Notes: generated from the sequence alone by a model not told the origin. Positions 40,971 through 54,793 are shown, counted from the first letter of the whole stretch. The stretch: DNA of 63,332 bases, filler included, from Hausera hauseri (GCA_046269625.1; 12 parts of 12 records of this genome joined end to end with filler, not necessarily neighbours in it), one strand, 5' to 3'. Made by a program: numbers and translations.

Positions 40971-43900
40971 AAATAATAATAGCAGTTACAGGAATGGCCG
41001 AGGCAATACTTATACTAATGAACGGAATACGAACGGATCAAATTTTAGCTGGGATAGGAATAGAGGAAATTATAAAAATTCGAACTACTCGAATCACAAT
41101 GGTGATAACAGAAATAATGATAATCGAAGAAATGCAGATAATACTCAAAGTTTGTCGAATCAGTATAATCAAAGAACAAATAGATCTATGTCACCTGTAA
41201 ACAAAGACGGTTGACAAAGAGTCTGCAGAAATGGGAATTTAGTTTGTTTCACTTGCGGGAAAGAAGGACATATTTCAAGGTCATGTCCAAACCCACGTAG
41301 CGTTTCATTTACTGAACCTAATAAGACTAGTATGATCAGAATTAACGAAAATTTAGAAGCAAAGTATGGTGTTCGCGGAGATACAGGTACTATTATTGAT
41401 ATACAAGGCTTGCCAAAATTTCTAGATGTGCAACCTGAGACTACTAACCCACAAATACTGATTGCTAGAAAAGAATATGGAAACAAGCTGAGACTATTAT
41501 AAGTGTATCATGGTTTAGAAGAAACCAGAAAATGATTATGAGGATGAGATAGCACCTAAACGAATTGATATTACAAGAAAAAAGAGTGTTTTGACAAGTA
41601 ATAAACTATCTGATAAACCAGGCACCTCGACAGAAGTCGACATAGATGCAGAGTCTGAGTTCACAGTCGAAAAAGTGGATAAGTCTACCGATGACGACAC
41701 TGCAGAAAAAGAATTTATGGAGCAATTAATACTTAAAATTGCGAAAAATAGAGGCTGCAGCCCTTCCCTAAAAACGAAACGTAGAAGTCCATCGCGCTAC
41801 AAAGTAATTATAGAAAAAATTGAAGAAACGGAAAGTCCGAACATCGCTGTAGAACGCGACGTGGACCATAGTTTGAATACACCAGAAATCAGATCACTCA
41901 CGCCTGTCGGGACAGCAGAGTCTATAGAGTCGATTAATGAAATTAATAAAGTGTGTCAACTTCCCATTTGTGAGGAAGAAACGGAAAATGTTGAGAAGTT
42001 TGACCCAAGGAGGTGGGAAGTACGACGTTCATGGGAAACGCCGATGAGCTAAAGAAAATGAGAATTAGGTGTCACAACCCGGAAGTCCTGCAGCAAAACT
42101 TAGAAAGGCAGATCAGCAAACAAGTATATATATCCGGACAAGAGCAGCAGTATGCGGAGCGGTTGTATAAAAGTTTGAAATTATGTAGTGAAAGGAAACT
42201 GGCTGAAGCAATCGACTTAAGACAACCTGAAGACGTATCACCTGAAACGTTGTTAAAATGGAAGCATGAATTAGAATCATGTATTATAAGCGGAGTAAAA
42301 TAGAGCAAAAACAAAGATAGTGTTGATATAAAAGTCGCTAAGGCTAAAACACTCTTGTCTAACTTAGAAGGAAATCCAAAACTGAAGAGGGTTGTCCCGC
42401 ATAGATTAAATGAATTCTTGAGAACTTATAAATTGCACGCAGAAGGTGCTAGCCTTACTCCCGAAGTAATGATTAAACGTTTGTCACTATATTTGAAAAA
42501 CCTAGCTGCTGACGCGTATAGCGAGCTTATTAATGATGAGACGAAATCTTGGTCCTCCCTGGTAGGATCACTAAACCGTAAATTATTGCCGACGGTAACG
42601 CCGCAGCAAAAGCTTACGGCATTTCAGAATAGAGTACAACAAAAGGGTGAATCAGTAATTCAATTCGCATTCGCGTTAAAGAAACTTGCTAATAGTTACA
42701 TAAACACACTGCGCATAGCCAACGTAGCTGGAGCCAAAACATATGCGGAACGCGACGCCGCAGAAAAGGCAAAACCTCCAGACCTAGACGTTATGATGAC
42801 GACCCAATTAATTCACGGTATTTGGTCACGAAATTTAGTTAAACAATTAATTTTGGCCAGGCCTGAAGACTTTGAAGAACTCTACAATTAGCTTAAGATT
42901 TAGAAATGGCACTCGACATATACGCCAGGCATAACGATAGGAATGAGAGAAATAATTATCGACGTGACCGTAACGACAGAAATCGAAATGACAATCGTGG
43001 AAAAGATGACAGACGATTTATGGGTAATAGAAATTATGGGAACAGAAATAATAACAGTATTTACAGAAATGGCCGAAGCAATAAATATACTAATGAACGG
43101 AATAGGAACAGATAAGATTTTAACTGGGATAGGAATAGAGCAAATTATAAAGGCTCGAACTACTCGAATCACAACGGTGATAAAGTAAATAATGACAATC
43201 GAAGAAATGCGGATAATACCCAAAATTTGTCGAACCAGTATAATAGAAGTACAAATAGATCTAAATCACCTGTAAACGAAGACGGTCGATAAAGAGTCGG
43301 CAGAAATGGGAATTTAGTTTGTTTCACTTATGGGAAAGAAGGACATATTTCAAGATCCTGTCCAATCCCGCGTAGCGTGTCATTTACCGAGCCAAACAAG
43401 AGTAGTACGATTAGAGTTAACGAAAATTTAGAAGCAAAGTATGGCGTTCGTGGAGATACAGGTACGATCATCGATATATAAGACTTACGAAGATTCCTAG
43501 ATGCTCAGCCTGAGACTATTAATCCACAAATTTTGATGGCTAGAAAAGAATACGGGGATAAGCTGAGACTACTAAAAGTGTATCATAGCTTAGCAGAACC
43601 AGAAACCGATTATGAGCATGCGATGGCACCCAAGCGGATTGATATGACCCGGAAAAAGAGTATTCCGACGAGTAATAAACTATCGAATAAACCAGGCCCC
43701 TCGTCAGAAATCGACTCAGATGCAGAGCCTGAGTTCACGGTCGAAAAAGTGAAAAATATTACCGTAGACGATATAGATGAAAAAGAATTCATGGAACAAT
43801 TAATACTTAAAATTACGAAAAACAGAGGCTTTACCCCTTCACTTAAGGAAAAACATAAAAGTCGCTCGCGATCGCAAGTATCTAAAGAGAAATTAGAAAA

Positions 43901-44463
43901 AACAAAAGAATACGAATATAGCTGTAGAAAGCGACTTAGAACCCAGCGTGAACACACCAGAAAGTGGTCAGTTTACACCCATAGAAATGGGAGTGTCTAC
44001 AGAAACGATGAATATCATTAACGAGATTTTCCCACTTCCCGCTAATGAGGAGGAAACTAGAAACCTTAATGAATTCGACCGGAGAATGTGGAAAGTCCGG
44101 CGTTCGTGGAAAAATGCCGATGAATTAAACAAAATGAGAAGTAGATGCCACGATCCATAAATACTGCAGCAGAATTTAGAAAGGCTTAAGAAGATTAGTG
44201 AACAAGTAAGTATATTCGGTAAAGAGCAACAATTTGCGGAGAGGTTATATAAAAGTTTAAAATTATGTAGTGAAGGAAAACTCGATGAAGCAATCGACTT
44301 AGGACAACCTGAAGAGGTGTCACCTGAAATTTTAATAAAATGGAAACCTGAATTAGAATCATGGACTAAAAGTAGAGTCAAATTCTCGGAAGGATGGAGC
44401 AAAAACGAATACAGTGTTGATATAAAGTTTGCTAAAGCTCAAACGTTATTATCAACATTAGAA
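40971..44463 (+). pseudogene. gag: tandemly duplicated gag region (~2.09-kb unit): capsid, N/R-rich segment, CCHC knuckle, acidic/coiled-coil segment
   Basis: 40971-42370 aligns with 43046-44463. Capsid motif RVQQKGESVIQFAFALKKLA (42355-42891); CFTCGKEGHISRSC at ~41244 and CFTYGKEGHISRSC at ~43320. Stops and frameshifts present. Confidence 0.8.
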
Positions 44464-44859
44464 TAGACTAGTCCGTAATTTAGAACACATAATGGACGAA
44501 ATTCGATGTGCAATGATTAATCTACTTAGGAAAAAACCGGTTAGCAATCGAAGTGATACCGATATAGACAATATACGAATGTAGAGAATCGTATTAAAAT
44601 GGAGAATGAAAAGAGATCACAGATAGGTAATTTGAGAAATCGAATCATGTTTATGAATAACGAAGAAACTAAATATGTAATAAAAGCTTGCATCACAGAA
44701 TTCGATGAATATAAAGACTAGTTTAATTATGCCAGCCAGATTATGAATTTCATAAGAGGTTCAGACGATGAATTAAAGGATGCTTATAAAATACTAGGCA
44801 AGGCGATATTGGCAAAACCTGTAATAGCTAACTATTTGCACAAATAACCCGAATTAATA

Positions 44860-45724
44860 TTGAGACTAAGTAGATTAGTGAAAAACTGCGTAAAAGAATT
44901 TCCAGAAACCGAACCTACCGTACTGAAACAAGGATCGCAGCCGTGCGTGACGGAACTGAAGCAGGCAAACGTCAAGGGAGCAAATGATGGCCTAGAAATA
45001 TCGCAGCATGGCGCCGAGGTTTCCACAGCAACGACGCAGGTCAATAACAACATTACTACCACACCTAGAGACAGAAGGAAACACACGTTTGATATGAATA
45101 GTTCTTTGTCATGTTTAACTACTTCTAGAAATTACCGGAGTTCAGAGAACAACGAAGCGTGTCATAATGAATTAATACATAATGATTTATCACACAGCTC
45201 TGGCATTATGGAGAAAGAACATTTTTCCTGCCGTGAAGAGGCGTTTTCCCAACCAATTCTCGCGGAGGACGCTAGTGACAAATTTGTGACTAAAAACTTC
45301 AGTCCTCCTGAAACTGCAGATAAACGTGCGAGACATGACTGTCAATCACAAACAAACGGGGTTTCAAAAGAAATGCTAAAATTGGAATTGATCGAATTCA
45401 AAGAGTCCCGTGATGTTAAAACACGGATTCCGTTCACTAATCGATACAAGAAATCGACAAATTTACCCCAAGGCGGATCGCATTTGCTCACCGATGTGAA
45501 GCTAAACAGAAACGTAATAGTGAGTGACGCAGCTCCCAGAAAATCAAAGACGCTTAACAAAATGCCCAAGAATAAATTAAAGAAAACAAAACATGCATTG
45601 TGTGCTGAAACGAAAGAGAATGAACGGGGAGTAAATAGAAACAGCGGAAATAGACTGGAACTGGATTTAGCCGTGTGTGCAGACAGCATGTATAAAATCC
45701 AGAAGAGGCGTGGAAATGGTGGTA
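44860..45724 (+). CDS. low-complexity continuation of the retroelement polyprotein (hypothetical)
   Basis: Long open frame downstream of the gag duplication with no known motif; runs to the contig end. Confidence 0.35.
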
Positions 45725-45824
45725 NNNNNNNNNNNNNNNNNNNNNNNNNNNNNNNNNNNNNNNNNNNNTTAATTAATTAANNNNNNNNNNNNNNNNNNNN
45801 NNNNNNNNNNNNNNNNNNNNNNNN
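45725..45824. other. artificial contig linker
   Basis: N44-TTAATTAATTAA-N44. Confidence 0.98.
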
Positions 45825-48800
45825 CCAAGTACGTATTGCATAGGTCTATATATAATTCCATAAAGTCTTTTCGTTATTCATCTGATAATTGGTCTACACT
45901 CCCCAGTAACAGTAAACAATCAAGGCTATCTTGGAGCCATACACGGGGCTTTCACGGAATATACGAAGTGTAGAACTAGGGTGATCGTTATTTGAGTTGA
46001 TATCTTTTAGGCATTGTTCGGTCCTACTTGCTATAAAACGTAATTTCTTTGTAACGTCTAGGATATCTTGATCTGGTAAACATACCTGTATTGAACTAAC
46101 AATAGGATGATGCAATGGTTGATATATCAATCTATGCAATACTCGGTACATTTCTTCTCGAGTAGACGGCAGATTTGTTTGATTTATCCTTAGAGCATTT
46201 ACTGAGCGAAAGTATGGAATTATTTGATAAACCATCGTATAGTTATATTCTCCTTCGGGGTTTCTTACACTTGCTATAGTGGTCAGAATTGTACTAGTTT
46301 CGTGTGTTATCGTCATTGGAGTCAAAAGAAGATCTTCTTGTACTGCTTCTATTAAGTTTAATGTCGCTATCCATATGATTTTCAGCTGTTCTTCTTTACT
46401 TCAATTACTTAATTCTTCCATGGCTTCTTGTATTGATTTAGGTAATTGTTTTTATTCCTCGGTATCGGAATAGTTTCTCTGAAATATTTCTTTGGGAAAA
46501 TAATACCTTCGTTTCTTCGGAGGAAGATGATGTTCAGAGCTGACAGTCTTCCAACCTCTTAACTGGTTTGGATACGGTATTCCTTTCTCCATATGAGAGG
46601 AACAGTGATAAAATGCCTTTTTTCCTTGGTACTCTTTTACCGCATGTGTTAAGCTAGCATAATTGTCAGTAGAATGTATTTGTGCATAATGTTGTTCCTC
46701 GGATGACGACTGGCTAAGCAAAGAACTCGGGGATACCTTTCGAGCATAACCCAATTCGTTTTCTTAATTCACCAATTTTCCATCGTCCATTGAATATTGT
46801 GTCATTTTTGACACTACTGAGGTTATATTCTGTGATTGCTTATCTTCGTATTCCTGTATCTTCCTATTACGGATAAAATATTCGCGTTCCTTTTTGAAGG
46901 GTTTAGCTATCTGTTGATCGTCATTCAACATGCAAAATAGTAATCAATAGCGTAAAGCATTTAAATTGCCTGATAGCCCTTTTACGTTCACTTGTTGTAA
47001 CTGACTAAATTCATTGTTATTTTCTTTCATTAAAGGTGTATCTATGTTTCTACATAGATAATTATTTCACAGTATTCGAGCTTCTTCCTTTTCCATTTCT
47101 ATTTCCTCTTTTCTTAATTTATCATTTATTGCCATTAGTGTATATGTCAGCCAACAGTTAGTTACAAATGAATTGGATGTTGATTTATTTACTAATTCTC
47201 CTCTAATTTCTTGAACAGTCCTATACTTTTTTCTCCCAGTTTCCTGGCCTTTTCCAGAGTTGCATAGTTATCGCACAATGGGGATGTTTGTCGTAAGAGT
47301 CAGTATATTTACAACGGGGATTCATTGTGTTTCTTCACTCAAGATATGAGTAAGAAGATTTCGTTCTTGCGTATTACCAATAAATAAGGGTTCATATTTC
47401 ATTACATTTCCATAGTCAGAATAGTCTGATTTAGTTAATGATTCCTCGTCAATTGTTAATTTATGTCTATTCAATTCCCAGTCATTAGCGTGGATATAAT
47501 GTATCAGTTCCGATGGGGAAGATATTTGATTTAATTGCGTTTCGCCAATTTCCTTTAAGGTTTCCGCTAATTTGTCGTAAGTTGGACATTCTATTATCGA
47601 TCGATTACTGTAAGAGAATTTCAAGGGTGGTTCCATAGTACTCAAATAGGGTTCGCTTAGTGTTAAATTTACATTATTAGTATTACTAAATGTTTTAGGT
47701 TTTTGTTTTCTGAAGTACTTGTTCGATACGGAGCCTGAGACGCTTATTATCCTCAGAAATCCGTCTGATTCGTCATCGTCATCACTATATGACACTTTAC
47801 GTAACATAAATAATGAGAGAATTCATAACAATATTGTTGACTATGGTGCTGAGAGGTAGTCGCAGCTGCATCGGCTATATTAATCATGGATAGCAGATAT
47901 ATTCCCAAAAGGAATAACGTCAATAATGAGAATGAGGAATAACCTTTTATACATGAGGATTCCTGTTTTTGTCTTTCGCTTGAATGTCTTGAATATGCAT
48001 TGCTCTTGTCTCGTTTGCGATTTCGTCCAAATATTTGATATTGTTTCCTGCAAATTGTAATTGGTCAATTTTCAACCACTGTTTTGGAGGAAGGTTACTA
48101 TCTAAAGGTTGTCTCATTCTTCTATTCCAAGCTCGTTTTACTTCTACTCCGTTGATAAGTTCTCGTCTTCCTACATATAAATTATGATGTTTGTAAATTT
48201 TTAGCGCTCGACTAGCTGCCACATAATCATGATGTTGAGATTTCCTTGGACCAATCAAATCAGGAATTGTATAATATACTTCTTCACAGCTTATCTTAAT
48301 TAAACGTTTATCCAACGGAGTTAGCGTATTGAAATCCAATTTTAAGTCTTCGCATATTATTTTAATTATAGATCTGTATTGTTCGTCAGTTATTCCACAC
48401 TTGTCGTGGTATTTACTAAGGAAGTTTTTTAATTCTACTACACTATGTATACGTCCCTTGACTAATTGTTGTGCGTGATTAATACGCTTTGGGGTGGCTA
48501 ATAAGAAATTCTCCAGTCAATGTCGATTTGCAGCTTCTCTGGTTAAAGGGAGCGGTGGTAGATTTTTCCCTTTTCGTTGAGGTAATTCTGCATAATTTTT
48601 TTCAATTAATTTGACTTCTTTAGGTTGTACTTGCTCGGTAAAATCTGTTCTCCTTGATCTGATCTTATCACTCATTGGCTGTTTCCCGGTTCCGTCTGGT
48701 TGGTATCTTTTAATTTCCTCTCTTAAAAGTTTGATATTCTCTTCTGCTTCTTCCTATTTCTTACTTAAAACTGTGTATCCTGCTGATGTTTGATGATCAC

Positions 48801-50258
48801 TTGTAATTTGCATTTCTGTTAGATCGGGATAAATGGAAATTGTTGACATAGGTTTTGATAAGTCTTGTAAAGAATTTCGCGGTAATTTCTGTGTAATACT
48901 TGCTATACTTGACAGCGAATAAGTATCTACATTGGCTATTGAGGGTAAGGGTATTTGTCCTCCTGCTTCCTCATCGTTACATATCATACAGTTATGAAAC
49001 ATATAATACACAAATATTAACAATAGTACTACTTTACTACTCCAGGTATTGGTCGTGTTAGTTGTTGAAGTTGTTTGGGAGTCCGCGTATCCAAATATTA
49101 TGAGTAATATGAATGTTATTAAGGTTGTCGTAGACAACTTAAAGGGATTTTCATAAATCGTTGTAGGGGTATTAGTTGAAGGCGCTTCCATTATTCGTGT
49201 TTGAATAATTTTTCGGGCTAGTGTGGATTCTGTATTCTGTTCGGTTGTTTTCTTTAACGTAACGTAATTTAGTGAGGGTGGAACAGTCTCTTCTCCTGGT
49301 GCGAACCACCATTGATCATTAACTTGAGGTTTGGTGTCCCGATAACCTTCGCAGTTGAATACAATTGATCTTCCGATAACTTTGAGTTCTGCTACTGTCA
49401 GTTTGTATAGTACATTTAAACCAATAATAAGATTAGAATACGATTCCTGTGGGTTGGCGTAACAAATAACATCAATGTGTCCTATAGTTAAATCTAATTT
49501 TCCACAGGCTTCAGGTATATAATAAGTAATCCGTCTATATAATCGTAGATATATATGGATCAATGGAGTAGTAGGATCAAGTTCCGCATTAACATACTTA
49601 CCATATACTTTGACCTATATTGGTATTAATAGAGGATAATCGTTATAACTCCTAAGATAATGCATACTATATAACAACTCTAACCTTTGTATTTCGTCTT
49701 CCAATTTATGCACTTTTTTTAGTTTTTTATAGTGAATTCGTAGCCACATCTATCACTATATCATAATCTATTAGCGTATCTCGGCCTATGATACAAGTGA
49801 TTGTGGTATTTTCTAGTACGTGGTACAGAATCTTTGATCGTTTATTTTTCAATTTAGTTAGGGCTGTAACCACGCCTATTACCTTTAACTGGTTCCCGTT
49901 TATTAATATGTGGTTTATTTCATTACTTTCGGTCAATTTTAGTTTTAAAGTTTCCATTACTCAAATAGTTTTGCTGCTCCTGTATCTACTATTGCTTTTA
50001 TTTTGACTTTATTTATGGTTATAGTTGTGGTTACGGTGTTGTTTGAACCATCATCTATAAAAGCCATCGTCGTACTCTTTTCCTCCAACTGCACTCTGTT
50101 CCTTAATGGATATTTGCCGGGTGATGCTTGTTCTGATTTGCGTTCTCTGGCTACTGGTCTACATCGTTGCACACTCATCCACGAGGTTTTATTCGGATTG
50201 GCCAACTTCTATAGTTATACATTTGATTCAGTTATTTGTAGTATCTTATATGGTCCTT
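45825..50258 (-). pseudogene. decayed LTR-retroelement polyprotein: protease followed by >3.5 kb of non-RT sequence with hydrophobic segments
   Basis: KYPLRNR, TITINKVKIKAIVDTGAA, CIIGRDTL, then a chain of same-strand ORF fragments including TLITFILLIIFGYADS and KVVLLLIFVYYMF. Confidence 0.65.
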
Positions 50259-50358
50259 NNNNNNNNNNNNNNNNNNNNNNNNNNNNNNNNNNNNNNNNNN
50301 NNTTAATTAATTAANNNNNNNNNNNNNNNNNNNNNNNNNNNNNNNNNNNNNNNNNNNN
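50259..50358. other. artificial contig linker
   Basis: N44-TTAATTAATTAA-N44. Confidence 0.98.
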
Positions 50359-50870
50359 TAAAACGGTACGCCATTGGAGAGACATTTATTAAAGGTTTTA
50401 GCAACCATTTTCGACTAATTGTTTCGAAAGATCAATCACCGAAACCAACTCTTATAGTTGCTGTGCTGTTGGATAATGAAAAGTATCCAAAATATGTCTT
50501 TAATTTAGTTGCGTATGATTTCGAAATCGGAATGACCGGTAACAGTGGATCGGTAACCATAGAAATCGAATTGGAGGATATTAGTGACGATACGCCCAAA
50601 TTCGATCAAACCGTTTACAGTGCTGATGTGAAAGAAAACGATTGAAACGATCGTTCGATTAAATACAAAACAACAGATTCAGACAGCGGACTAAATGGAA
50701 TGGTTACTGTTGTTATGGATAAAACGCATGAAATGTCAACAATTCATTATTTCTGATCCGGATAAAAGTTACGGTTACATCGGACTGAATAATTTCCTCG
50801 ATTATGAAACCGATCCTCATTAATTTCAGATACAATTAATTACGAAAGACAAAAGCATTTCGTTCAGTTG
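50359..50870 (+). pseudogene. cadherin extracellular repeat fragment
   Basis: LDNE...VAYD...IELEDISDDTPKF..VYSADVKEN, TDSDSGLNG and LDYE motifs; stops present. Confidence 0.75.
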
Positions 50871-53269
50871 ATCTTACAGCAATTTCGGCAATGGGCATCA
50901 CAGAGTGTGGTTGTGCCACGTGCGTGTGCGTGAATATTCAATAGACTTGTTTTAACGATGTAAATAAAAAAATACATTGATTTATCGGTTGCTCATATTG
51001 TTTGCATTTTGCTATTACCGTCAGATATTATCGTTTCTTTAACATTTTATAAATACCGGAATTATATATTGGTTCGTTTTCCACTTTGGTATTAACATTT
51101 TCTTGGTCTTAGAAACTACAAAATTGTGTCAGAACAATGTAATAATATTGCAATGTGCGATACTCAAAGTCTACTTACGGAATGCATTGAGTCTATTGGA
51201 GTAATTTATCTTAAACCAAACAACAGTCAAGATGCTAAAATGAAAGCCGATAAATTTCTTACACGTCTAAGACAATCGACACTTTCACGGGAAACTGCAG
51301 ATTGTTTGTTACAAATGGGATATGAAGAATGTTTTGCATACTTTCGTCAGTTGAAGGTATATTTTGGCAAAGTAAGTTGTTAAAGATTTTGAAAATTTAA
51401 TTGCTGTACTAAAAACCATAAAATCTGACGCATTTGCCATTTTCAGTGCGAATTCTTTCAAGATTAAATCAGATACATTGTATCTTCTAGAAATATTTTG
51501 TAATAGAAATTCGGATTTGCATTATGCACGAATACTTATATTGGAAATGCTTTATGATTTTGCCAAAGTTCAACGATTATGTTGGATTTTGTTGAATCAA
51601 GCACAGATACAAGATGTTCTATTTGAACAGGCTTGCTTAGAAGTGGGTGATACTAAAGAACAGATATTGAGATGTATGATTCCGTATCTCCTTTTTCAAA
51701 ATACGGATTCAAAATTATTTCCAATCTGTACGCATAATTGCTGTAAGTCAAAGAATAATAAAATTGACAACAAAACACTATCTCTATCCATCAATTGCTA
51801 AACCCATTGTTACGTCTTACAATTATATGGGAATGGAAGAACTTGAAATACATTTGATCGTCTAACTTTCCTATATCGAAACTATTCGGTTAATTTTTTG
51901 CCGGATTCCTGCGAAGATAAACGTATAGTTCTCTCAAAGGATTTCTTGTAAATATTCTGAAAACTAATAACTTCTCCACAGTTTGTATAATTGCCGATAT
52001 TTCTTGCTTTTACTCAACATCTGATATTAGTACCGTTAAGATATTCACTGACAACAATTTCTCATACGCCATAACAATAATTGAGCAGACTACCGTTAAA
52101 CAAGATAACAATCAAGATGAAACGCCACGTTTCATGACGATGTTGCCCCTGACTGACATGTTAGAAAATACGCATATTGAAAATCGTTTCCGAGAATCAT
52201 GGCGAATCAGTCAGTTTAAAGCAATCTGTAAAACGATGATGGCCAATTTTCCAAAAACTTATTACGATATTGCACTTAATCTGCTATTATTGATAAAAAG
52301 TTTTCCGAATTGGAAATATCTTTAGAAAAATATTTGATAAATAATTCGAAATTATTCAAATTCATCATAAACATGACCGTCCACGATTGCGATATTGTTG
52401 CTATATTGGCCTGGAAATTGGTCAACAGATATTCACAGCCACGGAAAATCGTCCAAGATTTTCATCGGTATTTCGTTGCTGGTCATGAACGACCAACTGA
52501 TCGAAAATTAGAGAATAAAGAATATAGCAATACAGGTCCTAAAGGAAATAATGTTGAAAATTCTCAATTAAAAGTAAACGATAATATAGACGAAGAGAAA
52601 TCAGAAGCAGAAAATAGCGATGATATTGTACGTAAAATTCTTCATTATAAACAGAAAATAGCCGCTACCAACAGTGAGAAGCAGGAAATTTATATCGAAG
52701 TGCAAGTTGCAAAAACAATTGCAATCTAAAATAAACAGGTTTAATGAATTGACATTAATTCACAAAACACGGCCAAATTACCGAAATTGTACAAAAAATT
52801 TGGTGATTAACTGACGAATAACAGCAACTCGTTCGAGACTGAGTCCTGTATGTTCGACATTCTGTTCGATCGTCTTCCCGGTAATAATAAATTACCGTTT
52901 TTTAACCATACCGGCGGTGAACTTTCGGCTTTCCTTGTCAATTCATGTGTTTCTAGTGCCAGTATCGATGTTAGGAATTTCGAGCTGGCACGGAGTTCCG
53001 TTAAACAGCTCATTCTTATTCTCGAGGATGCTGAACTTATTGCTACCGATCAGGAAAATGTTGTGTAATTGGCAATGTCCAAACTGTCCCATTCGTCTTA
53101 TGAAATTCCTCAGTCTTCAGTTGACATCGCATACACGTATCATTATGAAGACTCCGAATCTACAGGTATCAGTCCAAAAGAAGCAAGCTACTTTATTAAA
53201 GACGGCAAAGTGAAATACCATACCATTGAACAAATTAATAAAGTGGATGAAACGCAAGAGAATATATCC

Positions 53270-54050
53270 GATATTACTGAATGTGGCAAGGAAGTACAAG
53301 AAATTGGTGTGAAAATAGTTGTTAGTCCTATGTTGGCACTGATTTACGATCAAATAACGAATTTAACACATGGAATTGATGCTGCTACGATCAATTCTAA
53401 AACCAAAGCAAAGGATCGACAAACTATTATTGCGGATTTAACTATTAACATATATTTCAACAAAGGTTCTAAAATTCGACTGTTGTACATTACTCCAGAA
53501 GAACGCCAAACTGGCACATTCCGCGATATCGTCGGCAAATTGGTTGGACGAAACAAATTGAATTATTTCGTTATCGATGAGGCCCATTGCCTGTCGGAAT
53601 GGGGGCACGTTATCCGGCCGGATTACTTGAAATTGAGCAAACTCCGACTGGAACTATTGAAAGATGATCCGTATTTGGCATGGACAGCAACTGCAACTGG
53701 ACGTGTGGAACTGCACTTTGTAAGGACGTTGTGTTTTCGTAATCATCGAGTGTTTAAAATGCCGGTTTTGCGGAATAATTTGTTTTGTGATGTTCAATTT
53801 ATCGATTTTATTGAAAAATCAGAGAAACACGTTTGATTTTCTTATAAAATCATTGGGAAATTCCAAATTGCATTGGGATTATTGGAACCCAATTGCTTCC
53901 TGAATTGTGTACTGTCGAAAACGTCATGGATGCGACGAAATATCGGCAGTATTGACAAGATTCGAAAGACGGGAATCGAATGACGACAAGGTGTCGAGCA
54001 GCGTGAATTTTGAATTTAATTATCGAGCATTGAGACATTTATGCGGGGAT
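53270..54050 (+). pseudogene. RecQ helicase (RECQL5-like) fragment
   Basis: IVVSPMLALIYDQ, LLYITPE, FVIDEAHCLSEWGHVIRPDY, TATAT and, after a break, IVYCRKRHGC (motif IV). Walker A is degenerate or absent. Confidence 0.8.
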
Positions 54051-54124
54051 TATACGACGGCAACCCAGAAATACTAAACAACATTGACGGCACCATTGGG
54101 GGCAGACTCGGGCGCCCTGCATTT

Positions 54125-54793
54125 TGGTGCCCGCCCTGCCAGGGCGGAGATCCCGACAGTTAACCCTGTACCGGTCGGTCGGGGACACCTTCGATGTCGG
54201 CCCCAAATCGCGCCCCAAGGCCGACCACTGCTCCCATATCCATTTTTCTTTTTTACAAAAACATTGACAAACCCTTTACGCAACACACCAACATATCCCC
54301 ACCCTTCAGACTCGCATTTCTTCTCCCTTTGGTTCTTCAGACTTCTATCGTACGCTAAACGGCGCTAGTATACACCTCAATGAAACTTTACCTTTTTTTT
54401 CCAATCACGCTTGCTTTAACATACATCTCCGTCTCCGTGATTGAACGAACTCTCCGCCAATCATTGACACCACGGATAAAACCACCACAAAAAGCCAATA
54501 CCCACTCTCTACTACACCAGACCAAATCATTTACTTACTTTAATGGACGCGAATTCTTCAAACAAAAATCCTGTCCATATTTCTCCACATTTCACTGACT
54601 ACTTCATAAATAGTGAAAAGTCCAGTAAAACGTGGCTTCATATCCATCAACTCTGGCTACAGTCTAATGGTGTCACAGACTCCTTATCTAAAGCCCATAG
54701 CTTATTCTATCTTCTTCCAAACTCCATAAAAGCCTCAATACATAACTTGCTAGACATCTTTCAACACCCTGACCATTATACCCAATTATTCGA
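54125..54793 (+). mobile_element. Gypsy 5' region: PBS-like TGG and start of gag (ATG 54543)
   Basis: ...CA-TTT-TGGTGCCCG; ORF KTWLHIHQLWLQSNGVTDSLSK..LP resembles the N-terminus of the same gag family as 18586. Confidence 0.55.

Noticed and set aside
42900-43223. Hydrophobic Ile-rich ORFs resembling membrane proteins (also 40994-41200)
   Set aside because: Alternative and antisense frames of the Asn/Arg-rich gag segment.
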